Source: Scenedesmus sp. PABB004
Lineage: Eukaryota
Assembly: GCA_014905635.1 (NCBI GenBank)
Contig: JABVCE010000036.1
Span: 1-64,000 of the forward strand
Direction of reading: 5' to 3'
Length of the DNA: 64,000 bases
Under the pieces are notes generated by a model that did no database searches, was not told where the DNA came from, and saw only the letters and a list, made by a program, of their open reading frames with translations. The position numbers and the translations under genes are program-made. Positions 15,857 to 34,956 of the stretch are shown one piece after another (within the stretch, counting starts at the first letter, position 1; every line of letters starts with the position of its first letter).

Positions 15857-17356
15857 ATGCGGCGCGCGGCGGTGGCGCTGGCCCTGGGGCTGATGCTGCT
15901 GGCGGCGGTCCAGGTGCGCGGCCGGCGACGGGCGGGGCGGCTCGCGGGCGCTGCAGCCGCATGCGGGGCCCATCACGCGCAACCGCCCCGCCCTCCCAGG
16001 CGGAGGAGCCGTCGGACTCTGAGTCAGAGGGCTGGGAGACCGCGAGCGAGTCGGGATCAGTGGACAGGTGGGCAGCGCGCGCCCGTGACGGCTGCGGGCG
16101 GCGGCCGGCGGCCGCGCCGCTGTCGGCGCGCGGCGGCGCGCGATCCGCGGCCTACGCGTGGCCGCACCGCCCTGCGTCGCAGCACGCCGCCTCCCAAGAA
16201 GGCGGAGAAGCAGGTGCTGTCGCTGTCGGACCTGTCGGCGACGCTGTACGCGGCGGACGGCAAGAAGGCGTTCACCAAGCCCGGCGCGCTCGGCGACGTG
16301 CTCTTCAAGGCGTCCAAGCTGGGCCCGGGGCAGTCGATCGAGGTGCGCCCGCGCGCCCGCGACGCGCCTGGCCTGCAGCAGCGCGCCGTGCGCTGCGCGC
16401 CCGCGCCGACGCCGCCACGAACGCGCCCGCGCCGCCCGCGCAGGTGTCGTTCAAGCCGCTGCTGGGCGGCAGCGCGGCCAAGCCGCAGCAGGCGATGCTC
16501 ATGGCGTCCAGCGCCGCGCACCCGGGGCTGGCCGCGTACGCGGTGGCCAAGGCGAAGAAGGATGGCCAGCACGTGGCCACGCTCAGCGCGGCCGCCATCG
16601 AGAAGCAGCTCGGCAGCGTGGTGAGCGCCCCGCCCGCCCGAGTCGCGCGCGCGCAGGGCGCAGCATGCGGCGCGGGGCGGCGCTCACGCCGCCGCTGCCG
16701 CCGCCGCCGGGCCGTCCCAGGGGGGCGAGATGTCGATCAGCCTGCTGCTGGGCGACCCCGCCGCGGCGGTGGGGCTGAGCGGCGACCTGGGCTCGGTCGT
16801 GCTGCCCGAGGTCGCCAGCGGCGCGCCGCCCAAGCCCAAGCTGCTCAGCGCGGCGCACCAGCCGGTGAACAACCTCAAGCCCGACATCGCCCACACCTTC
16901 GTGCGTGCCCGCTCGCCGCGGCGGCGGCGCGGCCCTGCCGCAGCCGCGCGGCGCGCACGCCGACGGTTCACGCGCCCGCCTGCCCGCCCGCCCGCCGCGC
17001 CGCAGCGCGTCCCGGACAAGCGCGCGCCCGCGGTGGTGTCGCTCGCGTTCACGGGGCTCGCGCTCGCGCCGCTGGCGGCGCTCGTGCTGTACCTGGGCGC
17101 CCTGGGCGTGAACGTGTCGGGGCTGCCGCGCGGCGGCGGCGCGCTGTGGGCGCTGCTGTTCCACGGCGGCATCGCCGCGCTGCTGGGCCTCTACCTGCTC
17201 TTCTGGCTGCGCCTCAACCTCGCGGCCACGCTGCCCCTCGCGGCGGGGCTGGGCCTCTTCATCGCGGGCACCGGCTGGAAGGCGCTCGGCGCGCTCAGCG
17301 ACGCGCGCATCGCCGAGGCCAAGGCCGGCGCGACGCCGGCCAAGAAGACCAACTAG
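15857..17356 (+). CDS. RPN2: Oligosaccharyltransferase subunit ribophorin II (RPN2/Swp1)-like, multi-exon
   Basis: Signal peptide, KPQQAML, KPDIAHTF|RVPDKRAPAVVSLAFTGL, three C-terminal TMs (ALLFHGGIAALLGLYLLFWLRLNL) and a KKTN ER-retrieval end. Confidence 0.85.
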
Positions 17357-17642
17357 CGCGCCGCCGGGGAGGGGGGGGGGGGGACTGCGGCGGCGGGGGC
17401 GGCGGAGGGACGGGGCCGGATCCGGCGCACGCGGCGTGATCAGCGGGCGCGCACCGCCGCGGGGCAGCGCGCGCGCGGGCGCCGGCGGTCGGGCGGTCGG
17501 TGACGCCGCGGCGACAGGTGGCGTCCGCGCCGCTCCCGGTCGCCACAGAACTCTCCCAATCGCGCGCAGCCACCGCCTGCAGCGTGCAGCCGAGCCAACC
17601 GCGCCCCGCCAACCGACAACGCTGCTCGGGCGGCGCCGCGCG

Positions 17643-20600
17643 ATGGAGCCGCAGAGCGGCGGCCGGGATGGCGACGATGAGGGCGTTGAAGCGGGAGCGC
17701 CACGCGGCGCTGCGGGGGCGCAGGCGCAGCAGCAGCAGTCGGGCGGCGCGGCGGGCGGCAGCGGCCTCAACAACGCGCCCCCTGCGGTGCGCGACAGCCC
17801 TCGCTCGCCCGCGCCGCCTGCGCACGAGGCTGATGTGGGTGCGGGGGAGCCGCAGCAGCAGCAGCAGCAGGAAGAGCAGCAGGTGCTGGGCAGCCCGGCG
17901 CGCGCGCCCGCACCGGCGCCAGGGCCAGCCAGCCCGGCGGCGGGGCGGCCGACGGTCAGCCAGCTGCAGCTGCGCGTGCAGGCGCTGGAGGTCCAGGTCG
18001 AGCAGGCGGCGCAGCGCGAGGCGGCCGCGGTCGCGGCGCTCGGAGTGGCGCGCGCAGCGCACGTCGCGGAGGAGGCGTCGCTGCGCTCCTACTACGACGC
18101 GCTGCTGGCCGACCGCGGCGCGGAGCTGGCGCTGCTGGCGCAGCAGGTCGCGCTGGCGGAGCAGCTCGCGCCGCCTGACGCGCCGCCGCCGCCGGGCAGC
18201 CCCGCGGCGAACGAGCAGCCGGCAGCACCGATGTCGCCGCAGCGCGCGCTCTCGCCCACGGTGGCGGCCGTCGGCGGCCGGCCCGCGAGTCGGGGCGGCG
18301 CGGGCGCGTCGGTGGTGGCGAGCTCGCTCGCGGGCGAGCGCGGCGGCGGCGTGTCGCGCAGCATGTCCCTCACCGACCTGGCCCGCCTGCGGCGCGAGCT
18401 GGCCGCGGCAGAGGCGCTGCTGGCGTCCTACCAGGACGAGAACAGGGCGGCCGCGCGGCGCATCAAGGTGCGGCCACCAGCGGCGGCGCCCTGGCGCGCG
18501 GCGCCGACGCGCGCTGGCGGTCGCCGGTGCGCCGCTGCACTCCGCTGCACGCCGCTGCACGCTGCTGCGCCCTGCCTGGCCCCGCAGGACCTGGAGGGCC
18601 AGCTCGCGGCGGCGCGCACCGCGCTCGCAGACGAGGCGGGCCGCGCGCAGCGCGCAGGTGCGCCGGGGCTGGGGTGGCGCCGGTGCCGCGTGGTGCCGCG
18701 TCGCGCCGCGCCCGCAGCAGCCGACGCGGCCCGCCTGCCCTGCTGCCCTGCTGCCCTGCAGTCGCCACTGCGAGTGAGGTGCAGCGCGGCGGCTCGGAGG
18801 CCGCCGAGCGCCTCACGCGCCAGCTGCAGCTCGAGGGGCAGCTGCAAGAGGCGCAGGCCGAGTGGCACGCGCGCGAGCGCCAGCTGGTGCAGCAGCTGGA
18901 CGCGGCGCGGCGGGAGGCGCGCGAGGTCGCGGCGCGAGCGGCGGCGGCGGCTGAGGCGCGGGACAAGGACCGCTGGCAGGTGGGCAGCGCCGCTCGCCGC
19001 CGCGTGCCCGTAGCGGCGCGGCCGCATCACCCGCGCCGCCGCCGGCCGCAGGCCGACGACGCGCTGGTGTCGGAGCTGCGCGCCGAGCTGGCGGAGCAGG
19101 CGGGCGCGCACGCGGCGGCGCTGGCGGCGCTGCGGGACAAGCTCGCCTGGCACACGGAGCAGCAGGCCCTGCTGGGGGCGGGGGAGGGCCTGGTGCTGCG
19201 CCAGGCGGAGCTCATCCGCCACCTGGAGGCCCGCCTTGCTGACGGCAGCGGCGGCGCGGGTGCGGCGGCCGCGCACAGCGGCGCAGATGCGGTTGCTCTC
19301 GAAGCGGCGCGCGCGACCATTGCGCAGCTGGAGGCGCAGGCAGAGACACAGGAGGCTGCGCTGCGGGGCCTGGCGCGGCAGTGCGAGGCGCTGCAGGCGC
19401 GGCTGGAGGCGCGGCGCGACGACGCAGCGGCGGCGCCGAGCAGGGGCCGCGTGCGGGAGCTGGCGCAGCAGCTGGACGAGCAGCGCGAGATGAGCGCGCG
19501 CCGCATTCGCGCCCTCGAGGCGCGGCTGGCCGAGGCGGAGCGCCAGGCCGCCGCAGCCGAGCGCGCGGCGGCAGCCAGCGGCAAGCGGCGCAGCGGAGCT
19601 GGCGCCGGCAGGCCCGTGAGCGGCGGCCGGGCGGCGCCAAAGGCGGTCGACGAGGCCGGCGCGGCCCCGTTCGTCGCAGCGGCGACGCAGGAGCGGCAGG
19701 GCGGCAGCGGCGCTGGCGAGCCGGCGACCGCTGCGCCTGCCGGCGAGGCGGCAGCGGGCAGCAGCGCACCGGCGGGCGACCTGCGGGACAGGCAGCTTGC
19801 CGCGCTCACTGCGCAGCTGCAGGAGCGCACCAGCCAGGTGCGCCGGGGGGGAGCGAGGCTGCGCGCTCGCCTGCGCTGCGCCCTGCCGCCTGCCGCCGGC
19901 CTGGCCTCCGCCTCGCCCACGCTGCGCCGCCCACCGCCTCGCCCACGCTGCGCCGACAGTTCCTGAAGCTGCAGCAGAAGCTGCGGGCAGCCGAGCGCCA
20001 GCTGAAGGCTGCGGCAGCGGATCAGCAGCGCCAGCAGCGCCGCCAGCCGCCGCGGTCGCACTCGGAGGGCGCCGCCAGCAGCAGCGGCAGCGCTGACGGC
20101 GGCAGCCCAGCTGGCTCGCCGCGGGAGGCCGACAGCCGCGCCGGCAGCAGCAGCCGGCGCAGCGCCGCTCGCAGCGCGCTGGAGCAGCGCGCCGACGTGC
20201 AGAGCGCCGCCGATGTGCCGCCGCGCGCCGCACCGCCGCTGCCACCCAAGCCCGCAGGCGCGGCCAGCAGCTGGCCCGCGCTGTGTGCTGAGCTGGAGAG
20301 TGAGAACGAGGCGCTCAAGGCCGCGCTGGCCGCCCTGCGCGAGGCGGCCGCGCAGCGCGACCAGGCGGCGGCCGCCTCGCCCGCGCGGCTGCGCAACGCG
20401 GCGGCGCAGGCGACCAGCCTGCAGCAGCAGCAGCAGCAGCAGCAGCTGGCGGCGCCCGCGCTGCCGTCGCTGCTGGCGGTGGCGGAGGAGGCCGCCGCTC
20501 GGGAGGCCGCGCGCTGGCGGGAGCGCGTGGCGGCGCTGGACGAGGTCCGTGGCGCAGAGCGCGGCCTGCGTGCGCACGCGCGCGCGCTCGCGCCCACCGC

Positions 20601-20975
20601 AGCCGCCCGCCCGCCCGCTGCCAACAGGCGCTGCACGCCGCGCACGCCGAGGCGGCCGCAGCGCGGCACGAGCTCGCGATGGCGCGCAGCGGCGCCGGGT
20701 GGGGCCCCAGCGCTGCGGCATTTGACGCGCTGGAGCGCAAGCTCGCCAGCCTGGAGGCGGCGCAGCGGCAGCAGTCGCTCCAGCAGTCGCAGACGCAGTC
20801 GCAGTCGCAGCAGCAGCTCGGCCTGCTGCCGGGGCTGGGCGGCGCTGAGCTGGGCGCGGTCGTCGCGCACTACGAGGCGCGCCTGGCGGCCAAGGCGGCG
20901 GAGCTGGACGGCTTCAGGAGCCAGCTGGACGCGCTGCTCGCGGCGGCCAAGGCGCACCTGGAGCAGGGCGGCTGA
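17643..20975 (+). CDS. Long coiled-coil protein, CEP162-like
   Basis: EALLASYQDENR..IKDLE, LRDKLAWHTEQQALL and C-terminal AKAAELDGFRSQLDALL resemble conserved CEP162 blocks (from recall, not aligned). Confidence 0.55.
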
Positions 20976-21312
20976 GCCGCCGCGCGGGCAACTGATTACA
21001 GCTCGCGCACTCCCGCGGTGCCGGACAGCAAAAGTGGGGCGGCGGCGGGCGACTGAGATCGCCGCGCCTGCGCCCCCGCGCGCGGAACAGCTCAAGACCC
21101 ACCACCACACGTCACCACTCGCCGCGGGTCAGCAAAACCCCGCGCCCTCCCACCCTCAAATGGTACACCGACGCGCCCTCCCCTCCGCTCACGCTCCAGG
21201 CGCGCCCCCGCGCTGTGGGAGCACGCTGCAGCTCGCTCCGCTCGCGCCCCGCGCCGCCTCTTGTGGCTGCACGCCTCGAGGCGCCGCGCGCCCCTGCTGC
21301 GGCTCGCGCCGC

Positions 21313-22815
21313 TCACGCGCCGAGGCGCAGCACCACGACCGTCACGTCGTCCGTGCTGCCCACCTTGACCGCGGTCTTCGCCAGCGTCGCGGCCAGCGCC
21401 TCGCACGACGTGCCCGCGCCCGCCGCGGCGCACAGCTCCGCCACGCCCGCGTCGTCCAGCCCGCCGCCGCCGCCGCGCGCCTCCTCTGCCGCGGGTGCGC
21501 GGGCGGGCAGGGGCGCGGATGAGGCGGCGGCGCCACGCCCCGCAGAGCGCGGCGCGCGCGCCGGCGGCGGCCGCCCCTGCGCGGGGGCGGTCCGGCTGCG
21601 GCTGCGGCGGCTGCGCACCCGCGAAGAGGCCGTCGCTGGCGAGGACGAGGTAGGCGTCGTCGCGGGTGAGGGGCGTGAGCGTCGTGAACGGCTCCGCGAC
21701 GACGCCGAAGCCAGACGAATAGCCGTCGCTGCCAGAGGCGATGCCCTCAAACTGGAGGCTGCCCTTGAGGTAGCTGTCGCCAAACGCGCGCGACAGCGCG
21801 AGCAGGCCGCCCACGCGCCACGTGCCGCCCGCGTAGCGCACCATGGGCATCTTGGGGTTGGGGTTCTGCGCCTCGATGCGCAGGCGCTCAGACTCCCTGC
21901 GCACGACGGCCAGGGAGGGCAGGAGGGGGGGGGGCGTGAGCGCCTGCTGCTGCCCCCGCCGGCGCTCGCTCGCACGCCGCCGCCGCCGCGCGGGGCGCAG
22001 GCTCACTTGTCGGGCACGTGCTCCTCGGTGAGGCAGACCGCCGCGCCGCCGCGCACGAGCAGGATGCGCGCGTCGCCGACGTTGGCGGTGAGCAGGCGGG
22101 TCGAGCCGTCGGGCGCGGCCAGGAGCAGCGCGTTGACCGCCGTCGCGCCGCACTTGCTGCCGCCGATGCCGCGCTCGCCTGGGCGACCGCGCGGCGGCGC
22201 GGCGTCAGCGTCAGCCCGCTGCCGCGCGGGGCCGCCCGCCGCGCGCGGGCGGGTGCGCGCCCGCCGTGCGCGCACCGAGGCCCAGGAAGCCCTTGGAGAC
22301 GAGCAGCTGCTTGTCGGCCTGGCGGTACGCCTCGGCGATGGCGGCCTCGGGCGGCGCGCCGCTGGCGAGCTCCTTTGCCACGACGCCAGAGAGGTTGGCG
22401 GCGAGCCACTCCGCGACCGCGCTGCCGCCGTGGCCGTCGTAGACGCCAGCAAAGGCGAAGGGCTGCCCCGCGCCCGCGCCGGGCGTCACCTTGACCTCAT
22501 AGCGGTCCTGCCGGGGGACAAAGCGCAGGCGGCGGGGCGGCGGCGTGAGCGGCAGCGGCGCGCGAGCAGCGGCGCCGCCTGCGCTGCGCCGCCGGGCTCC
22601 GCGCGGCCCGCGCGCCCCGGCAATCCGCGCCTCACCTCGTTGACCTTGCGCACCGTCCCGCGCAGCGTCGCCGCGCCCTGCTCCACGACGCGCACGGGCG
22701 CTGCCAGCGTCTGCGCGGCCGGGGCGGCGCGCACCGCGACGCGCCGGCCAGCGCGGCAGGCCGGGGCGACGCTGGCACCGCCCAGGCGCGCGCCGGAGGT
22801 CGCGCAGGCCGCCAT
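21313..22815 (-). CDS. PP2C (PPM) protein phosphatase with probable plastid transit peptide
   Basis: RKVNEDR, FAGVYDGHGG, CGATA, ANVGDAR, EHVPD, GLLALSRAFGD, LVLASDGLF and GSTDDVTVVV motifs. Confidence 0.92.
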
Positions 22816-23167
22816 CGGCGCGGGATGCGCGGGTGCGCGGGTGCGCGCGCGGGCAGCAGCTAGCAGCGCGCGAGCGGCGCGGAGCGGGGAGCGAGGAGCG
22901 GGAGGTGCGAAGCGGCGCGTCGCGGCGCTTCGCGAGGGCCGCCGAGCGCTGCGGGGCACAACGGCGCTGCGCCGCCGCGGCCGAGCGCGACGCGCCGCGC
23001 CGGGGCTATGCTCGCCGGCAGCACGTCGGGGGGCCCGCCCGCGGTTGCACACCCACGCCACGCCGCCCGGCGCGCTGCCGCGCCGCACTTTCCCCGCGCG
23101 CCTGCGCGGCGCCGATCGACCCGCCGTCGGTGTTGTACACGCCCGCCCGCCTCCCTCCTGGTTCCCT

Positions 23168-24677
23168 CTAGCCGCGCGCGGTGCGTGCGCGCTGCGCGGT
23201 CATCATGATGGCCTTGAACTCCTCCATGTCGGCCTTGGTGATCGTCACGCCCTCGCCGCCCTCGCCGCCGGACGACGCCTTGGCCGCGATGAACGCCCTG
23301 CCGCCCGGCGGGGGGAGGGAGGGGGCAGGGGGAGAGGGATGGGGACGGCGAGCACGTGCGCTGCGCTGGCAGGCCGGCGAGCGCCCCAGCCGCACAGCCC
23401 ACCCCTCTGCCCCACCCTCTCCGCCCGCGCACGCACTTGAGGCCGTCCACAAAGTCGCGGTACCCCGCCGCCACGTCACGCCCCGCGGGGCCCGCCGCCG
23501 CCAGCGCCGCCGCCAGGCCCGCCTCCTCCTCCGCGACGTCGGCGTCAGTGATGCTGCGCGCCGCGCGCGGGCGGGTGAGGGCGGGCGTGGGCGCCGACAG
23601 GGGGGCGAGGGGCTGTGCGCGGGGGCTGTGCGCGGGGGCTGTGCGCGCCCTCGCCGCCCCGCGCCGCGCCGCGCCGCGGCCCCACCCCGCCGCGAGCTCC
23701 GCCATCGTCACGGAGGTGCGCTCCGCGCCGGCGCCCTCCTCGCCCTCCTCGCCCTCCTCCTCCTCCTCTGCCTGCTCGTACGCCTCGCCCTCGCGCCGCC
23801 ACACCATCACGTCGCCGCTGGCCAGGTCCAGCAGGCGGTCTGGGCGGCGGCGGCCGCGGCGGCGGCGGCGGGGCCGCGCGGGCGGCGGCGGCCGTGAGCC
23901 GGGCGGCCAGGCGGCGGCCAGGCGGGCTGCCAACGCAGCAGGGCCCAGCGCCCGGCAGCTCACGGTCCGCCAGCACCGCCACGCGCGCGATCTCCTCCTC
24001 GTCAAACCCCTCTGCGGGCGCGGGGTCGTAGCTGCGCGCGGGCGGCGGCCGGGCGCCAGGCCGGTCAACACGCGGCGCAGCGTCCGCAGCGCGGCGCTCG
24101 GCCGCCCGCGCCCTGGCCAGCGCGGCGCGGCGGCGCCAGCGCGCGCGCCCGCTGGCCTCACCGCAGCGTGTACTGCGGCCCGGCGACCGCCCCCGACGTG
24201 CTGGCGGGCGACTGCGGCGCCACGGGCTCGATGGTGGCGCCCCACCACTGCGGCCGGCGGCGCGCCGGCGGCGCGCGGCGGCGCACGTGCGCGCGGTCGG
24301 GCCCGCACCGACCGCAAAGGCGCTGGCCCCTTGCTTGGTCGGCCGCCGCGGCCCGCCGCAGAGCGCGCGCATGCTGCGCGGCGTGGCAGCAGCAGCGCAC
24401 CCGGTCGTAGCTCGTGCTCTCGCCGCCGTGGACGGTCCAAAGCACCTGCGCGGCCGGGCCAGCGGTCAGGCGGGTCCCCGTGCGCGCTGGGGGCGCTCGG
24501 CCCGGCGCCCACCTCCACGCGCGCGCCCAGGGCGAGGCCCAGCTGCTCCGCGGCGGCCAGGGCGGGGGCACCGGCGTCCGCCTCGCCCGCCGCGCGCGCG
24601 CCGTCGATGTCCGGCGCGACACCAGCGTCGGTGGGCGCGCCCCAGGGCAGCGCGGGGCCGGGGGCGGGCGAGGCCAT
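23168..24677 (-). CDS. Hypothetical protein with a Tudor/SH3-like segment and an acidic tract, multi-exon
   Basis: Spliceable exons: LGARVE|VLW..WWGATIE..YTLR|YDP..FDEEEIARV, poly-E, and C-terminal VTITKADMEEF. Confidence 0.55.
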
Positions 24678-24915
24678 GCTGCTGCGCTGCGGCGGTCGCT
24701 CCGCTGGGCGCTGCTGGGCGCTGGGCGCGTGGTGCGTGCGCAGGTGGCGGTGATCAAGTGCGGGCGGGCGGTCGCTCAGCGGACGCGCCTCAGTTGGCTG
24801 CGGGCTCGACCGCGACTTTGAACGCTGCGGCGGTGCAGCGCAGAGCGCGCGGCGCGCGGCAGCCGCCGGCGCCGCCGCGCGTCGCCCCCACTCTCTCCGA
24901 CTAGCCTCTCGTGCC

Positions 24916-26701
24916 ATGGCGTCTTGCGTGGAGGTGCAGCAGCTCCCCGGGCGCGGGCGGGGGCTCGTGACGACGCGGCCGGTGGCGGCGGGCGAGGTGG
25001 TGCTCGTGGAGGAGCCCCTCCTGCTCACCGTGGCGCAGGAGGCCAAGCAGCACGCCTGTGTCAACTGCCTGGCCTGGCTGGAGGGCGCGCCAGGCGAGGG
25101 CGGGCGGGGGCGGCAGCAGCAGATGGCGGGCGGCCCTGCGGGGGCGCGCTGGCGCGCCGACAGCCCCTGCCAGACGGCGCCTCCGCCCGCAGGCGCGCTG
25201 CACTGTCGGGACTGCGGCCAGGCGACGTTTTGCTCCGCGGCGTGCCAGGCAGCGGCGGCCGCGACGCCGTGGGTGCACGCGCCGGCGACCTGCAGGTTCG
25301 TGCACGCTGCGGGGGCGGTACTGGACGCGCCCAGCAGCAGCTGATGACCAGCACCAGCAACCGCCGGCGCTGCCGCCGGCGCAGGGCGTACGCGGAGCTG
25401 GCCGCGGTGCCGGGCGGCGGCGAGGCGCAGGGCGCGCTGCGCTTCCTCATCCAGGCGGCGTGCATGAAGCTCAGCGACGCGCAGGGGCAGCACCAGGCGT
25501 CGGGTGCGCGCGCGTCCTGCATGTGTGGAGTGTGCACCCGCCCCAGGCGGCCGCCGCCGACACGCGGCCGGCCGCGCCCGCCCGTCGCAGGCTTTGCGGC
25601 GCTGATGTCGCTCTGTGGCGAGGCCACGCCCGCCACGCTGCAGCAGGCGGCGGCGCTGGCGCCGGCGCTGGGCCGCGCCGCGCTGGGCGGCGGGTGCGGG
25701 CTGTCGCTGGGCGAGGCGGGCGCGCTGCTGGCCAAGGAGGGCCTGAACAGCTACGGCCTGCTCGCGCCGCGGTCGCACCAGGGCGCCGACGGGTCGCGCG
25801 TGCTGCGCGGCAGCGGGATCTACGCCGCCGCGGCGCTGGTCAACCACGAGTGCCTGCCCAACGTCGCGCGCTTCGACGCCCTCGACGCCCCAGCGGCGGC
25901 CGCTGGCCCGCGGCCTGGCCCGGCCGCGCCGGCGCCGCGCCGGCGCCGCCGCCGCCGGCGGGCGCGCCGGCCGCGGCGGCGCCGCGCGGCCCGCCCGGCG
26001 GCGCAAGCAGCACGGCGGTCGTGCTGCGCGCGCTGCACGCGCTGCCGGCGGGCAGCGAGGTCTTGCAGAGCTACTTCCCGCTGCACTGGGGCCTCGAGGA
26101 GCGCCAGGCGCAGGCGCAGCAGGTGCGGCGTGCGGCGCGGCTGCGCACGCGGGGCGGCGGGCACGCGCCGGCGGGCAGCACGCGCGCAGGAGGCGCAGGG
26201 CGCAGGCGGGCGCGCCGACCCCGCCCCGCCGCCGCCCGCTGGCGGTGTGTGTGTGTGTGTGTGGCGCAGGTCTACGGCTTCACCTGCGCCTGCCCGCGCT
26301 GCCTGCTGGAGGCCAGCCCCGAGTGGCAGGCGGGCGGCGAGAGCAGCGGCGAGTGGGAGACGGACGACGACAGCGGCGGCGAGGGCAGCGGCGAGTGCGA
26401 CGCCGGCGCCGCCGCGAGCGACGACCACATGCACGACGCCCCGCCAGACCCGCCGCACGCGCCGCCGCGGGGCGCCGGCGGCCCGGCCGGGCCTGTGCCG
26501 GGTGGTCTTGAGCCGGGGGCTGTGCCTGTGGCGCTCGAGCCGGGGTACCTGAGCCTGTTCATGCTGAAGTACGTCTGCCCCGCGCCCGGCTGCTTCGGCA
26601 CGCTCGCCGCCATACCCGGCGCGTGCCCGGAGGTGCTCGAGTGCAGCGTCTGCGGCGCGACGCGCAGCGAGGCCGAGTTCCTGGCCGACCTGGAGCGATG
26701 A
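24916..26701 (+). CDS. SET/MYND-domain lysine methyltransferase (SMYD/ASHR2-like)
   Basis: GRGRGLVTTRPVAAGEVVLVEEP, CxxC..CxxC..FCSxxC MYND, LVNHECLPN, EVLQSY, YGFTCACPRC and C-terminal YVC..CFGTL..ECSVC. Unexplained frame change near 25900-26000. Confidence 0.88.
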
Positions 26702-27147
26702 GGGGAGGGGAGCCCCACACCCTCAGTGTGTTCGCGTGCCCGGGCGCGCGGCGGTGGTGCAGCGCGTGCAAAGCCCTGCGCCGCCGGCGCATTTGAGCCC
26801 CCCGATCGCCGAGCACGGCAGAGCTGGTCACGCCCACCCACGCCGCGTGAGCCTCCTCCCAGCCGCTCCAAGCTCGCCGCCTCAACCCAGCCGCCGCTGC
26901 GTTCTGCAGCCTGCCGCCGCTGTGCGCTGCCCGACCACGCCCTTGACGTGATCACACGGTTGCGCGGCGCACGCGCCCGGGCGTGGCCGTGCGGGCGCCG
27001 CAGCAGCCGGCGGCGGCAGCGCAGCAGCAGCAGCGCCAGCCCGGCGCGGCGCCCGGCAGCAGCTGACCGCGGTGTGCGCTGCCCCTGTGCAGCCCGCGAG
27101 CGCCGCGCCACGCGCGTCAGTTCAGCGGTTTGAAGCAGCGCGGCCGC

Positions 27148-27950
27148 ATGCTGCTGGCTCTGGGGCGGCGAGCGGCCGCCAGCGGCGGCGCGGCCACGGC
27201 GGCAGCAGCGGCAGCAGCAGCGGCAGCAGCAGCGCCGGCGCGGAGCGTGGCCAGCTCGGCGCCGGCCGGCGCGGGCCTGCGCGACTTCCTGGACTCGAGC
27301 GAAAACGAGGGCTACGGTGCGCGGGCCGGCGGCGGCGATGGGGAGGGGGGGGGGGGCGGCGGCGGGGCGGCCGCGGCGCGCGCTCGCTAGCAGGCCGCGC
27401 GCGCTCGCTGACATGCCCACGGGCGCGCGCAGGGCGCGCGTGGGAGGCGGCCGAGCTGCGGCACAAGTCGTGGGGCGACCTGCACACGCTGTGGTACGTC
27501 TGCCTGCGTGAGCGCAACATGCTGCTCACGCAGATGGCGTGGGAGGGCGCGTCCGAGGTCGCGACGCGGCGCGTGAGCGCCAAGCGCCCCGCCTACCTCG
27601 GGCGCTACAAGGCGGTCAAGCGCAGCATGGGGCGCATCAAGCAGGTCCTCAGGTGCGACCACCGCCCCGGCACGGCGCCCGCACGCAGCCGCGCGCGGGG
27701 GTGGGGGTGGGGGGCGCGGCAGGCGCGGCGCGGGGGCATGGCGGCGGTCACGCGGAGCGGCGGCAGGGGCGGGGCGGCGGGCTGCCCCCCCCCCTGGCTG
27801 GGCTGCGGGACGGCGTGGCGCCGACTGGCCGCGGCGCCCGCCGACGCCGCCCGCCCGCGCCGCGCCGCGCCGCGCCGCAGCGAGCGCGCGTGCAACGAGG
27901 CTGACGCGGTGAAGGCTGCCAACATGCGGCGCGTCATCCACTACATGTAG
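27148..27950 (+). CDS. MRPL47: Mitochondrial ribosomal protein L47 (uL29m)
   Basis: [53 protein letters not shown]. Confidence 0.92.
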
Positions 27951-28233
27951 CACCGACGGGCGCGGGCAGGCGCCGCGATCGTGCGTGCGCGGGCGGCCCG
28001 GGCAAAGCTGAGTAACAGGCGCCGCCCTCAGTCATGCGATGATGTATGGCGAGTCATGTCGGACGCGACGTGCGGCGATGCGAGGGTTCAGCACAGTGCT
28101 CCGGCGCCGCGCAGTCTGGCGGTCAGTGCGTGCCAGCCGTCAACGCCGACCGCGAGCGCCGTCTCAGCGCGCTGCGCGCGGCGGGCAGTCCCCCGGTTCA
28201 CCCCCTGCTCATTGCCGCCCCGCACGCGGCGCC

Positions 28234-34570
<6,337 letters not shown>

Positions 34571-34956
34571 GCGGTCGTGGTGCACGGCTCACGCTCGCGC
34601 GGCTGGCTACATGCGACCGCCGGCGGTCGCTGCTGCCACCGCCGCCGCCGCCGCTGCCGCTGCCGCTGCGCGCCGGCGATCGCGGACGGCCGCGTGCTGC
34701 CGTCACGGAACGGCTATGACGGCCGCGGTCACGAGAGCGGCGGCCCAGGCCCGCGGCGCCGAGGCTCAGGGCGCTACGGCGCGTGTCACATTCAGCGGCG
34801 CCGCTTTGCCGGTGACAACCGTCGCAGAGGCCCGGGGCCCGCTCGTTCGGTCGCCCGTGCGTTCGACATTGCGCAGCGCCGGCGGCGTGGTATTTGCAAC
34901 CGCCGGCGCAACTGCCGGCGGCGGCAGCAGCAGCGGCTCGCCCGGGTGCCGGCGCG

